A DNA stretch of 56,616 bases, counting the filler, from Chthonomonadaceae bacterium (GTDB lineage: Bacteria; Armatimonadota; Chthonomonadetes; Chthonomonadales; Chthonomonadaceae): assembly GCA_035650735.1 (NCBI GenBank). It is 2 parts of 2 records of this genome, joined end to end, with 100 filler letters (N's around TTAATTAATTAA, not from the genome) between each part and the next. Parts side by side here need not be neighbours in the genome. Positions count along the whole stretch, not along the records: positions 1 to 25,499 come from DASRGZ010000219.1; positions 25,600 to 56,616 come from DASRGZ010000220.1. One strand, written 5' to 3'. The notes below the pieces were generated by a model. That model searched no databases. It was given only the letters and a program-made list of their open reading frames with translations, and was not told where the DNA came from. Below, piece by piece: positions 22,102 to 31,660 of the stretch. The position numbers and the translations under genes are program-made. Numbering within the stretch: the stretch's first letter is position 1; each line of letters begins with the position of its first letter.

Positions 22102-23856
22102 GTGGGTCAATTTGGGCGTCTTTTAGGATATTTGAAGCCATATCGCCAGCGCGTGGCGCTGGCGGTGTTTCTGTTGCTGTGCGTCACCTTTACGCCGATC
22201 GTGATGCCGATGATCGTGCGCTACACGATTGATGTGGTGCTGCCGCAGAAGCGATGGGGCGCGCTGAATTTGGTCTTCTGGATGGTGATCGGGCTTTACG
22301 CGCTGCGCGGCGTGGTCTCCTTTTCGCTCAACTACCTCATCGGCTGGCTGGGCCAGCGCATCGTCTTCGACCTGCGCTTCCAGTCCTACCGGCATCTGAA
22401 CCGCCTGTCGCTTTCCTACTATGACACGCGGCAGACCGGCAAGATCATGGCGCGGCTGACCGGCGACATTGATACGATCCAGTACATGATCTCCGGCGGC
22501 TTCGTCACCTTCATGGCCGACCTCTTCAGCGTGGCGGCCCTGCTCAGCGTGCTCTTTTACATGCAGTGGCGGCTGGCGCTGGCGGCGGTCTGCGTGATCC
22601 CCCTCTACGTGCTCAACTACAAGCTCTTCATTCGTCATATCCGGCCCATCAGCGCCCAACTGCGGGAGAAGTGGGACGCGCTGCTAGGCGTGCTTCAGGA
22701 GAAGCTGGCGGGCATCACCGTCGTCAAGGCCTTCGTACGCGAGGACTACGAGACCGAGCAGTTCATGAAAACGGTGCAGGATAACTTCGATCTGGGCATG
22801 AAGCAGATGAAGCTGAACCGGAAGCTGGGAGCCATCGCCCAGATCATCCGCGCCACCGGCACCGGCCTTGTGCTCTGGTACGGCGGCACGCTGATTCTCC
22901 ACCGTCACATGCAAATTGGGGAATTACTGGCCTTCAACGGCTGGATCGCTTCGCTCTACGAGCCGGCTGTGCGCCTGGTGGATTTCAATGTGACCCTGCA
23001 ATGGGCCGGGGCGGCCATTGAGCGCGTGTTTGAGACGCTGGATACCCGACCGGAGATTACCGATGCCCCCAATGCCGTCGCCATCCCGCAGATGCGCGGC
23101 GCGGTCGAGTTCCGCAACGTTACCTTCGGCTACGATCCGGCCAATCCGGTGCTCCACGACATTAATTTCCGGGTGGAACCGGGCCAGGTCATCGCCATTG
23201 TTGGGCCGTCCGGGGCCGGCAAGACTACCCTGGTCAACCTCATCGCCCGCTTCTACGACGTCCAGTACGGCCAGATACTCCTCGACGGCGTGGATATTAA
23301 GAAGATCAAGCTCGAATCGATCCGCCGCCAGATCGGCATCGTCAGCCAGGAGAGCCTGCTCTTCTCCGTGCCCCTGCGGGAAAACATCAAGTACGGCCAC
23401 CACGACGCCACCGACCTGGAGATTATCCAGGCGGCTAAGAACGCCGACCTGCATGAGTTCATCCTCAACCTGCCGCAGGGCTACGATACCAAGATCGGCG
23501 AGGACGGCATCAAGCTCTCGGTCGGGCAGAAGCAGCGCATGAGCATCGCCCGCGCCACGCTGACCAATCCCAAAATCCTCATTCTCGACGACGCCACCTC
23601 TGCCCTCGACAGCAAGACCGAGGCCAACGTGCAGGCTTCTCTGGAGCGCCTGATGCAGGGCCGCACCAGCTTTGTCATCGCTCATCGGCTCTCGACTATC
23701 ATGAACGCGGATCGCATTATGGTCATGGAGGGCGGGCGGATCGTGGATATTGGCACGCATGCGGAGCTAGTCTCCCGCCCCGGCGTCTACCAGAACCTCT
23801 ACAACGAGCAGTACAAGAGCGCCCACGAGCATGCCCTCGAAGCCCTCCTAGCCTGA
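22102..23856 (+). CDS. ABC exporter, fused permease/ATPase (heterodimer subunit B, degenerate motifs)
   Basis: GPSGAGKT, signature LSVGQKQR, Walker B LILDDATS (catalytic E replaced by D) and AHRL. Confidence 0.95.
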   Translation: MGQFGRLLGYLKPYRQRVALAVFLLLCVTFTPIVMPMIVRYTIDVVLPQKRWGALNLVFWMVIGLYALRGVVSFSLNYLIGWLGQRIVFDLRFQSYRHLNRLSLSYYDTRQTGKIMARLTGDIDTIQYMISGGFVTFMADLFSVAALLSVLFYMQWRLALAAVCVIPLYVLNYKLFIRHIRPISAQLREKWDALLGVLQEKLAGITVVKAFVREDYETEQFMKTVQDNFDLGMKQMKLNRKLGAIAQIIRATGTGLVLWYGGTLILHRHMQIGELLAFNGWIASLYEPAVRLVDFNVTLQWAGAAIERVFETLDTRPEITDAPNAVAIPQMRGAVEFRNVTFGYDPANPVLHDINFRVEPGQVIAIVGPSGAGKTTLVNLIARFYDVQYGQILLDGVDIKKIKLESIRRQIGIVSQESLLFSVPLRENIKYGHHDATDLEIIQAAKNADLHEFILNLPQGYDTKIGEDGIKLSVGQKQRMSIARATLTNPKILILDDATSALDSKTEANVQASLERLMQGRTSFVIAHRLSTIMNADRIMVMEGGRIVDIGTHAELVSRPGVYQNLYNEQYKSAHEHALEALLA

Positions 23857-23929
23857 GTTATGAATGGTGCAGAGGAGGATTCGGGCCTCGCGTTGTCCCC
23901 TGGCCTTTTCCAGGGTATAAGTCGGTTTA

Positions 23930-24011
23930 GGTAATCCCTCCCAACGGTGTTGACGTATCTCCTCAGCAGCAGGCTGCGTGAGATTGATCCACACGGCTGG
24001 GAGTGTCTACC
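23930..24011. mobile_element. 82-bp IS1-like MITE (copy 2, inverted)
   Basis: Reverse complement of 12359-12440 with one mismatch; no flanking duplication visible at this copy. Confidence 0.85.
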
Positions 24012-24049
24012 CGGAAACATGGGTAGCACGACCTAGCATGGGCGCGCGC

Positions 24050-24374
24050 CTGGGCAGGCGCCCATGCTAGGTATGCACTGTACGAGGGCGGACAGGCCGC
24101 TTCTGCTTTACATTGCCCCAGCTGCCCTCCAGGATCTTCGTGGCCTTTGTTGAGGTGGGCGAGGAATTGGCGCAGTGGGAGGGTGGCGCAGGAGAGGTAT
24201 TCTCGGGGCGCAGAAACCAGAGGAGCTTTTGGGTAACGAACCGGCGAGCGTCGCGGGTAGGCTTGGAGTGCTGGCGGATTTGGCCGTCGAGGAGCCAGCT
24301 TGGGCGTAGCGGGCCAGATCGGACACGCTCCCAGAGACGGGCGTTTTTGCCAAGCGAGGCGCTGTAGTTTGCAT
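24050..24374 (-). pseudogene. Decayed N-terminal part of a probable tyrosine recombinase/integrase
   Basis: SD GGAGG and ATG at 24374. Joining across three frameshifts gives MQTTAPRL..DLARYAQ/WLLDGQIRQHS..KLLWFLR/REY..LRQFLAHLNKGHEDPGG/WGN..RPVRPRTVHT*HGRL, which resembles integrase N-terminal/core-binding regions (recalled, not searched). Lies just downstream of the tRNA. Confidence 0.5.
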
Positions 24375-24466
24375 TTGGCCCTCCAATCGGGGAGGTCAGA
24401 GGGCAGCCAAGACACCAACGAGGCGCTTAATTGGAGATTGAAATGCCGCAGAACCTTCTAAAAGGA

Positions 24467-24539
24467 TGGAGCTGAGCGGATTCGAACCGCTGACCTCCTC
24501 GATGCGAACGAGGCGCTCTCCCAGCTGAGCCACAGCCCC
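24467..24539 (-). tRNA. tRNA-Ala(CGC), CCA end not encoded
   Basis: GGGGCTGTGGCTCAGCTGGGAGAGCGCCTCGTTCGCATCGAGGAGGTCAGCGGTTCGAATCCGCTCAGCTCCA: cloverleaf, G3:U70 alanine identity pair, anticodon CGC. Confidence 0.97.
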
Positions 24540-24636
24540 CTAGACGCACGTCACCGGCTTGCCTAATCCCAGAATGCGGCAGAGCAACACCCTGGACAGT
24601 TGATAGGAGATCCACAGTAACGTCTATATCCTCCTA

Positions 24637-24665
24637 ATTATACGCAAGAACCGGAGGCTTGTCAA
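24637..24665 (-). promoter_or_regulatory. Consensus sigma70 promoter for tRNA-Ala
   Basis: TTGACA-N17-TATAAT on the minus strand, about 100 bp upstream of the tRNA. Confidence 0.85.
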
Positions 24666-24680
24666 GGGTAGGGCGCATCC

Positions 24681-25499
24681 GGGAGTGTCGAAAGATTTGC
24701 AGGTATAATTTGGGCATGGATACATCCAGCCTCACCTGTCCTTCCTGCAACTCGTCTGTGCGTCAGACCAAGGCGGGCCGCACCACCTGCGGCAGCCAGC
24801 GTTATCACTGTCACGCCTGCGGCAAACTCTATAGCCCGTTTCCCAAAGAACAAGGCTACCCACCGGAAACCCGGCAGATGGCGCTCAAACTCTACCTGGA
24901 AGGCAACGGCTTGCGCCGTATCGCCCGCCTGTTGGGCTGTCATCCGCAGAGCGTGGCCAACTGGATCAACGCCTACCAGGCGAGCCTGCAAGCGCAGACG
25001 CCCCAACTGCCCGTGCCCATGACGGTCGAGACTGCCGAGTTGGACGAGTTATACACCTTTATCGGAGCCAAAAAAACGGTTGGGTCTACCTAGCCACCAT
25101 CGTAGACCGAGCGACCCGCTGCATCTTAGCCTTCGAGGTGCTTTTTACCCGTACCTTCGATACCATGCAGCCGATCCTCGACCGGGCTAAAGGAGCCACC
25201 CATGACTTCAGCGATGGCCTGGAGACCTACCGGACGCTGCTGTACGCCACCGGTCAACACCAAGTGGCGCCGGGCAAGAGCCAGACCTACAGCGTCGAAG
25301 GCGACAACGCAGACTTAAGGCATTACCTGGCACGTTTGCACAAGAAGAGCCGCTGTTTCAGCCGCTGTCCCAAAGCCCTATGGCGTGCGGTCTGGCTGTT
25401 TGTGTATGCTTACAACACAAGACAGTTAAAGAAGCGGGCGAACCCGCAGTACCAGTATGCATTGGTTGATTGCCTACCTGCAATCAGTTAGACACTCCC
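24681..25499 (+). mobile_element. IS1-family insertion sequence
   Basis: 25-bp imperfect IRs (GGGAGTGTCGAAAGATTTGCAGGTA; reverse complement of right end GGGAGTGTCTAACTGATTGCAGGTA). The element ends exactly at the contig break. Confidence 0.88.
24716..25491 (+). CDS. IS1-family transposase (InsA-InsB, -1 frameshift at A7C)
   Basis: Zinc ribbon CPSC..CHAC, HTH and ELDELYTFIG; slippery AAAAAAAC at 25070-25077; second frame carries FSDG...SVEGDNADLRHYLARL..KSRCFSR. Confidence 0.88.
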
Positions 25500-25599
25500 N
25501 NNNNNNNNNNNNNNNNNNNNNNNNNNNNNNNNNNNNNNNNNNNTTAATTAATTAANNNNNNNNNNNNNNNNNNNNNNNNNNNNNNNNNNNNNNNNNNNN
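25500..25599. other. Artificial contig linker / assembly gap
   Basis: Run of N containing TTAATTAATTAA (stops in all frames) at 25544-25555. Confidence 0.98.
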
Positions 25600-25837
25600 G
25601 CCGAGAGGCTCTCGACCTGAAAGCCTCCGCCGGCGGGAAGCAGAGTAGGAGGTGTCATGCTCTGCTTTACTGGTTCACCTTGCCGACGGTTTCAGCGTCA
25701 CCAAATCGTCGGGAGAGCCACTCCTACAAGGCGTTTGACATGCGTGACATTTTCGCTGGAGCCTGGTATCTCTATATGGTTGCGCGATAATGCTCGTGCG
25801 TCCGTATTTTCCTCGGGAAAGGATTTTGTAGTACTAT

Positions 25838-26302
25838 GTGAACAGGGTAATCAAGTGGGTTGTCTGCGTGTGGCTCCTATGCGGCCTTAGCCTGAGCCTG
25901 CTCTCTGCGCGCGCCCAGGCGAGTGGAGGCAGCGGCATGCGCTGTGTCAACGCCAACCTCACTCCCGTTCTGCCCCTCAACGGCGTGTTCGCCCAGGGAT
26001 CGGCTGTCGTCTGCTTTGACTCGACCTTTGCCAGCCGCAGCATCACCGTCAAAGCTTCCCACGTCAACGCTCCGGATGGCGCCCTCGTCTCCATCACCAT
26101 TATCAGCTCGTTGACACCCGGAGGTATTCAGACCGTAGGCTATGGAACTGTAGCGAACGGCAACAGAGATATGTCCCTGAGCACAGCCAATGGCTTCCCC
26201 GTCCCGATGTTCGGCAGCATCGGCTCGATTGGGATCAACGTAGCTCCGGACGATGTCAATTTCGTCACCATCCTGGCGGGCATCTGGCGCAGCGGCGGTT
26301 AA
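25838..26302 (+). CDS. Secreted hypothetical protein
   Basis: Signal peptide ending ARA-QA and a beta-rich mature part; start codon uncertain. Confidence 0.65.
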   Translation: MNRVIKWVVCVWLLCGLSLSLLSARAQASGGSGMRCVNANLTPVLPLNGVFAQGSAVVCFDSTFASRSITVKASHVNAPDGALVSITIISSLTPGGIQTVGYGTVANGNRDMSLSTANGFPVPMFGSIGSIGINVAPDDVNFVTILAGIWRSGG

Positions 26303-26339
26303 TAACGCCTTCTACTCCCCACAGCAGCGCTGTCCCGGT

Positions 26340-27146
26340 TCATTCCGCGAGGAGGACGCGCAGGCCCGCTTCTTCCAGGGCAGCGCGGTCTTCGGCGAGA
26401 ATGCCGGTATCCGTGATGAGTAGGTTGGCCGCCGTCAGCGGCGCAACCCGCGCAAAGGCTACCTGCCCGATCTTGCTGGAGTCGGCGACGGCAATCGCCT
26501 GCTTCGCCTTCTCCAGCATACGGCGCTTGACCTGCGCCGCGTCGAAGTCAATCACCGTCAGGCCCGCCGCCGGATGCACGCCGCTAAAGGCCACAAACGC
26601 GCGGTCGCACTGAATAGGCTCCAGAAACTCAGTCGCTAAGGCCCCCAGCGTGGCGCGGCGGCGCGACTGTACTACGCCCCCAATCAGAATGGTCTGGATG
26701 CCTTCGTTCTCGGAGAGGGCCTGCGCCGTCGCCAGCGAATTGGTGACGACGGTCAGGCTCTGGAACTCCTTGAGCCGCAGCGCGATCTCGTAGCAGGTCG
26801 TTCCCGCGTCCAGCAGCAGCGTCTCGCCCTCGTGGACCAGCGCGACGGCGGCGCGGGCGATAGCGCGCTTCTCCGCCTGCCGCAGCACGGCGCGCTCGGA
26901 GTAGGGCGGCTCGTAGAGCGTGTTGCCGACAGCGATGGCCCCGCCATGCGTGCGCCGCAACAGCCCCTGCTCCTCCAGGCGCGTTAAATCGGTGCGGATG
27001 GTCGGGGGCGAGACCCGGAACGCCAGAGTCAGCTCCTCCACCGTCACCTTCCCCTTCTGCCGCAACTGCTCCAGAATCGCCCGTTGGCGCTCCTCGGCAA
27101 AGAGCGCGCCGTTGCGCGTTTCCTGCTTCTTATTTTCGCTTTTCAT
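26340..27146 (-). CDS. DeoR/GlpR-family transcriptional regulator
   Basis: EERQRAIL...VSPPTIRTDL...RTHGGA, LLDAGTT, VVTNS and ADSSKIG. Confidence 0.95.
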   Translation of the reverse strand: MKSENKKQETRNGALFAEERQRAILEQLRQKGKVTVEELTLAFRVSPPTIRTDLTRLEEQGLLRRTHGGAIAVGNTLYEPPYSERAVLRQAEKRAIARAAVALVHEGETLLLDAGTTCYEIALRLKEFQSLTVVTNSLATAQALSENEGIQTILIGGVVQSRRRATLGALATEFLEPIQCDRAFVAFSGVHPAAGLTVIDFDAAQVKRRMLEKAKQAIAVADSSKIGQVAFARVAPLTAANLLITDTGILAEDRAALEEAGLRVLLAE

Positions 27147-27190
27147 TCCCTGGCCTATCGGTTTATTTCGGCTCTTAGCGTTATCTGATT

Positions 27191-27289
27191 ATGATAGAGG
27201 CAAAGCGGGCGAAATGTCAATAGCCGCCCAATTCTATTTTCCTTTTCTTGCTTTTCCTATTGATTTCCTTCGCTTTTCTGTTGTATCAT
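27191..27289. promoter_or_regulatory. Divergent sigma70-like promoters with GCTTTTC direct repeats (candidate DeoR operator)
   Basis: Minus strand TTGACA-N18-TATCAT (27191-27220); plus strand TTGATT-N18-TATCAT (27260-27289). GCTTTTC recurs at 27138, 27250 and 27272. Confidence 0.5.
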
Positions 27290-27343
27290 TAAATATCGTT
27301 CCCGACATTCCGCGCCGGTGCGCCTAGCCTGAGGAGCTATACG

Positions 27344-29854
27344 ATGCCCAAATCCCTAATGATCCATCCCAACGAAGTGCGGCAGAGCGGCAAGCTCACC
27401 TTCAAGCCGATCCCCGTCAACACGTATACCAAAACGCTTTGCGATGAATTGGACCGCTTCGCTTGCGAAGATCTGTTGCGTATCCATCGGGATATGGCCC
27501 TGATTCGCGCATTCGAGACGATGCTCAACGACGTGAAGACGAAGGGCAACTACCAGGGCATCGAGTACAACCACCGGGGGCCGGCCCATCTCTCCATCGG
27601 CCAGGAAGCCTCTGCCGTCGGGCAGGCGTTTCTGCTGGACGTGGACGACCATATCTTTGGCAGCCACCGCAGTCATGGCGAAATCCTCGCCAAGGGCCTC
27701 TCCGCCATCGCCAAGCTCGACGACGACGCCCTGCTGCGCATCATGGAGAGCTACCAGGACGGCGCAACGCTGCGCGTGGTCGAGAAGGACGCCAACGGCT
27801 CGGTCAAAGACCTGGCGATAGACTATCTGCTCTACGGGGCGCTCGCAGAGATTTTCGGGCGGGAGGCCGGCTTCAATAAGGGCATGGGCGGCTCCATGCA
27901 CGCCTTCTTCACGCCCTTCGGTGTCTTCCCCAACAACGCCATCGTCGGCGGCTCCGCCGACATCTCCGTGGGCGCGGCGCTGTTTAAGAGGGTCAACCGG
28001 AAGCCGGGCATCGTCATTTGCAACATCGGCGACGCGGCGGCAAGCTGCGGCCCGACCTGGGAGGCGCTCTGCTTCGCCACGATGGATCAGTTCAAGACTC
28101 TCTGGGATAAGACGCACCGGGGTGGCCTGCCGTTGATCATGAACTTCGTCAATAACTTCTACGGCATGGGCGGCCAGCCGGTCGGGGAGACGGGCGGCTT
28201 TAAGATTCTGGCGCGTATCGGCGCGGGCCTCACGCCCGACCAGATGCATGCCGAGCGCGTGGACGGCTACAACCCGCTCGCCGTCATTGACGCCATCGCC
28301 CGCAAGAAGGAGATTCTCCAGCGCGGCGACGGTCCCGTCCTGCTCGATACCGTCACCTACCGCTTCAGCGGCCATTCTCCCTCGGACGCCTCCTCCTACC
28401 GCGAGAAGGCCGAGATCGAGGAGTGGCAGCAGGTCGATTCCCTGATTACCTACGGCGAGGAGCTGATCAAGGCCAATCTCAGCACGCGCGAGGACCTGGA
28501 GAAGGCCCAGGCCGTAATAGACGCCGCCATCCTGCGGGCCTACAAGAAGGCAATTGACCTCGAAATCTCGCCCCGCGCCGACCTCTATGCCGTCGGCGGT
28601 CTGCTGGAGCGCACGATGTTTTCTAACGAGAAGACGACCATCCCGACTCCGCCTCCCGGCACGGAGATGGGTCCGCCCTGGGACGGGAGCGTCAAGCCGG
28701 AAGCGCTCCTTCCACGCGAGGAGAACCCACGCGTCAAGCAGCTTGCCGGGCGCAGCCGCTCTGGCCTCGGCCCCAACGGCGAGCCGCTGCCCAAGAGCAA
28801 ATGCATCGGCCTGCGCGATGCGCTGTTCGAGGCCATCCTTGACCGCTTCTACGCCGATCCGACCTTGATCGCTTACGGCGAGGAGAACCGCGACTGGGGC
28901 GGCGCGTTCGCCGTCTATCGCGGCCTGACCGAAGCCCTGCCCTATCACCGCCTGTTCAACAGTCCCATCAGCGAGGGCGCTATCGTCGGCACCGCCGTCG
29001 GCTACGCCCTAGAGGGCGGGCGGGCGCTCGTGGAACTGATGTACTGCGACTTCCTGGGCCGTGCCGGAGACGAGATATTCAACCAGTTGGCCAAGTGGCA
29101 GTCCATGTCCGGCGGCCTGCTGCGGATGCCGGTAGTGCTGCGGGTCTCGGTCGGCAGCAAGTACGGCGCGCAGCACAGTCAGGACTGGACGAGCCTCTGC
29201 GCCCACATTCCCGGCCTCAAGGTCGTCTTCCCGGCCACGCCCTACGATGCCAAGGGCCTGATGAGCGCCGCCCTGACGGGCACCGATCCGGTCGTCTTCT
29301 TCGAGAGCCAGCGCCTCTACGACCAGCCGGAACTGTTCCATGGTGCGGAGGGCGTGCCGGAGGGCTACTACGAGGTGCCGCTAGGTGAGCCGGAGGTCAA
29401 GCGCGAGGGCAGCGATCTGACGATCCTGACCATCGGCGCGACTCTCTATCGCGCGCTGGAGGCGGCGCAGGCGCTGGAGACGGAGCACGGCCTGAGCGTG
29501 GAAGTGATAGATGCGCGCTCTATCGTGCCCTTTAACTACGAGAAGGTGATCGCGAGCGTGCAGAAGACAGGGCGTATCCTGCTGGCCTCCGACGCCTGCG
29601 AGCGCGGCAGCATCCTCCAGACGATGGCGGCCAAGATCGGCCAGTTCGCCTTCAACTACCTGGACGCGCCGCCGATTGTCGTGGGCGCGCGCAACTGGAT
29701 CACCCCGCCCGACGAGATCGAGGACAGCTTCTTCCCCTTCCCCTCCGACATCCTGGATGCCGTGCATCAGCACATCCTGCCGCTGGAGGGCTACACGGTC
29801 AAGCGCCGCTGCGACAACGCCGACCTGCTGCGCCGCAGCAAGGAAGGGGTGTAG
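27344..29854 (+). CDS. TPP-dependent dehydrogenase E1, fused alpha and beta subunits
   Basis: [25 protein letters not shown]...NN (TPP motif), [17 protein letters not shown] and GAQHSQ. Confidence 0.92.
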   Translation: MPKSLMIHPNEVRQSGKLTFKPIPVNTYTKTLCDELDRFACEDLLRIHRDMALIRAFETMLNDVKTKGNYQGIEYNHRGPAHLSIGQEASAVGQAFLLDVDDHIFGSHRSHGEILAKGLSAIAKLDDDALLRIMESYQDGATLRVVEKDANGSVKDLAIDYLLYGALAEIFGREAGFNKGMGGSMHAFFTPFGVFPNNAIVGGSADISVGAALFKRVNRKPGIVICNIGDAAASCGPTWEALCFATMDQFKTLWDKTHRGGLPLIMNFVNNFYGMGGQPVGETGGFKILARIGAGLTPDQMHAERVDGYNPLAVIDAIARKKEILQRGDGPVLLDTVTYRFSGHSPSDASSYREKAEIEEWQQVDSLITYGEELIKANLSTREDLEKAQAVIDAAILRAYKKAIDLEISPRADLYAVGGLLERTMFSNEKTTIPTPPPGTEMGPPWDGSVKPEALLPREENPRVKQLAGRSRSGLGPNGEPLPKSKCIGLRDALFEAILDRFYADPTLIAYGEENRDWGGAFAVYRGLTEALPYHRLFNSPISEGAIVGTAVGYALEGGRALVELMYCDFLGRAGDEIFNQLAKWQSMSGGLLRMPVVLRVSVGSKYGAQHSQDWTSLCAHIPGLKVVFPATPYDAKGLMSAALTGTDPVVFFESQRLYDQPELFHGAEGVPEGYYEVPLGEPEVKREGSDLTILTIGATLYRALEAAQALETEHGLSVEVIDARSIVPFNYEKVIASVQKTGRILLASDACERGSILQTMAAKIGQFAFNYLDAPPIVVGARNWITPPDEIEDSFFPFPSDILDAVHQHILPLEGYTVKRRCDNADLLRRSKEGV

Positions 29855-29937
29855 GGAAAGGGACGTGGCACGGAACGTCTTCTCGCCCGTAATCCGGACG
29901 CCCAAATCTGGTTGGTGTGGGTTGGTTATCCGGCAGC

Positions 29938-30255
29938 CTATCGCTTCGGCTCGCGAGGCGTATAGGGGGCAATATGATAAGGGGTAAGTTCTGGCAGATT
30001 GTCGAGGAAGTGGCGTGCGGCGATGTCTATCGCCTCCAAGACGGCCTCACGAGGAACGCGACCGCCGTAGCCCGCGACGATATTCTCGATGCTCTCTCCA
30101 GCAGCCAGGCGATTCAAGGCTCCAGCTACTTCAATACGGGTATATTTGAACGTTGGGCGTCCGCCGCAAACGCCGACGACCCGCACGACATACTGCTCTA
30201 ATGGTAGGTATTCATACGGTTCGCCACCCAGCGTTTCCCGCTTGATCTGTGCCAC
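29938..30255 (-). CDS. DUF433-family protein (antitoxin-like)
   Basis: VCGGRPTFKYTRIEV...LAAGESIENIVAGY; SD AAGGAG. Confidence 0.85.
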   Translation of the reverse strand: MAQIKRETLGGEPYEYLPLEQYVVRVVGVCGGRPTFKYTRIEVAGALNRLAAGESIENIVAGYGGRVPREAVLEAIDIAARHFLDNLPELTPYHIAPYTPREPKR

Positions 30256-30366
30256 CGTTATTTCACTTCACTCCTTGTATAGCTGGTAGCTCTCTTAGAA
30301 TAACCGCCCTTTCGCGCTGTGTCAACAGGATCGCTCTCGGTCCCGTTGTTTTTCGTGCTTTACTAA

Positions 30367-30434
30367 GAATGCCTAACAAAACCTCGTATCGCCCTTTCTT
30401 TTGAGAGGAACAAAGGAGGTTTAGCTAGGCATTC
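30367..30434. mobile_element. 68-bp MITE with TAA duplication (copy 1)
   Basis: TAA-GAATGCCTA...TAGGCATTC-TAA; 67/68 identical to the inverted copy at 49820-49887. Confidence 0.85.
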
Positions 30435-30495
30435 TAAGTCTCTTTCCGTTCGACTTCCACTCGCCAGCTACACGGTCAAGCGCCGCTACGATAAC

Positions 30496-30732
30496 GCCGA
30501 CCACGCCGATAATGCCGACTCGCGCTCCCAGAGCCAGCAGGTTGTTAACCATATTGGCCGCGCCGCCGGGAACGTAGCGTTCGCTCTCGACCTCCACGAC
30601 CATCACCGGCGACTCCGGCGAGATGCGCGTGGCCCTCCCCAGGACGCACTCATCCAGCATCAAGTCCCCCAGCACGAGAATCCGGCGATTCGCCAAACTC
30701 CGTACGATCTGACGATAGTGTTCCAGATTCAT
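30496..30732 (-). pseudogene. N-terminal fragment of HldE/RfaE heptose-7-phosphate kinase
   Basis: ILVLGDLMLD...RISPESPV...PGGAAN...ALG...GVVG, then similarity is lost about 60 bp before the MITE. Confidence 0.8.
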
Positions 30733-30869
30733 CGGCAATCCTTCCTCCCTTTCTCTTCTCCTAAACAAGCATGAAGATCGCCCGGAATCTTGCCGATATT
30801 TAGCAATCCCCGTACTTTTGCGAGGCATTTCCACTCCTGGGGTTTTACTAAGGTATCGAAAGGGCTCCA

Positions 30870-31649
30870 ATGAAGCAGAAAGGCTTTACTCTGGTAGAAT
30901 TGCTCATTGTATGCGTGGTGATAGCGGTTTTAGCCGCTCTCCTGTTTCCCGTATTGGTGCAGGCCCGTGAGGCCACCCGCTCCGCCGCTTGTCTGTCTAA
31001 CCTCAAGCAGATCGGTCTGGCCATCCGGATGTACGCTCAAGATTATGACGGTGAGTATCCGAATGGCTGCTATAACGGCATAGATAACAGTCCCGGACGT
31101 GCCGGCGGCATGCCTGCCGGGTCGCGCAACTGGGAGGTCAGCCCGGACTGGCGCGAGGTCGACCGGGGGCCGGACAATGACTTTGGCTGCTATGGAGCGC
31201 GCTTCTATCGGTTCCTGATGCACAAGCAACTGGCATCCTACACCCAGAGCGCGACTATTTGGTACTGTCCCTCCGATAAGTACCGCAGAGCGACTCCAGA
31301 CAACATCGCGGCAGGGTTGCAGTCCTACCATTGGTTTCCGAACTGGCATTTCAACATCTTTTGCCCTGGAAGTTCCTACGGCTACCCGGGGCCCTATCCC
31401 TGCCTTGGCCCCAACCTGGCAAATGACCCGCCGCGCGAAAGCGCGCAGTACTTTACGGAACGTATGCTCTTGACCGAACGGGGCGTCTATGGATTCGATG
31501 GCCCGGACTCGCCTCTGCCGGAGCGGCACGCCGTTTATAACCACGCGTGCGGCTATTCCATCCTCTTTTTCGATGGGCATGTTAAGCAGATGCCCTATGG
31601 GCACAAAGCGCAAACGCTTCCAGCGACCAACTGGCCGTCGTCCGGCTAA
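30870..31649 (+). CDS. Prepilin-type N-terminal / DUF1559 / H-X9-DG protein
   Basis: [29 protein letters not shown] and [13 protein letters not shown]. Confidence 0.9.
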   Translation: MKQKGFTLVELLIVCVVIAVLAALLFPVLVQAREATRSAACLSNLKQIGLAIRMYAQDYDGEYPNGCYNGIDNSPGRAGGMPAGSRNWEVSPDWREVDRGPDNDFGCYGARFYRFLMHKQLASYTQSATIWYCPSDKYRRATPDNIAAGLQSYHWFPNWHFNIFCPGSSYGYPGPYPCLGPNLANDPPRESAQYFTERMLLTERGVYGFDGPDSPLPERHAVYNHACGYSILFFDGHVKQMPYGHKAQTLPATNWPSSG

Positions 31650-31660
31650 GAACCTTTCCC

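Noticed and set aside
24000..24010. GGGAGTGTCTA shared between the 82-bp MITE and the IS1 right end, suggesting this IS mobilises the MITE
   Set aside because: The match faces outward in the MITE but inward in the IS, so the termini are not equivalent; the cognate transposase is probably a different element.
25544..25555. TTAATTAATTAA palindrome
   Set aside because: Embedded in Ns; it is an artificial contig linker.
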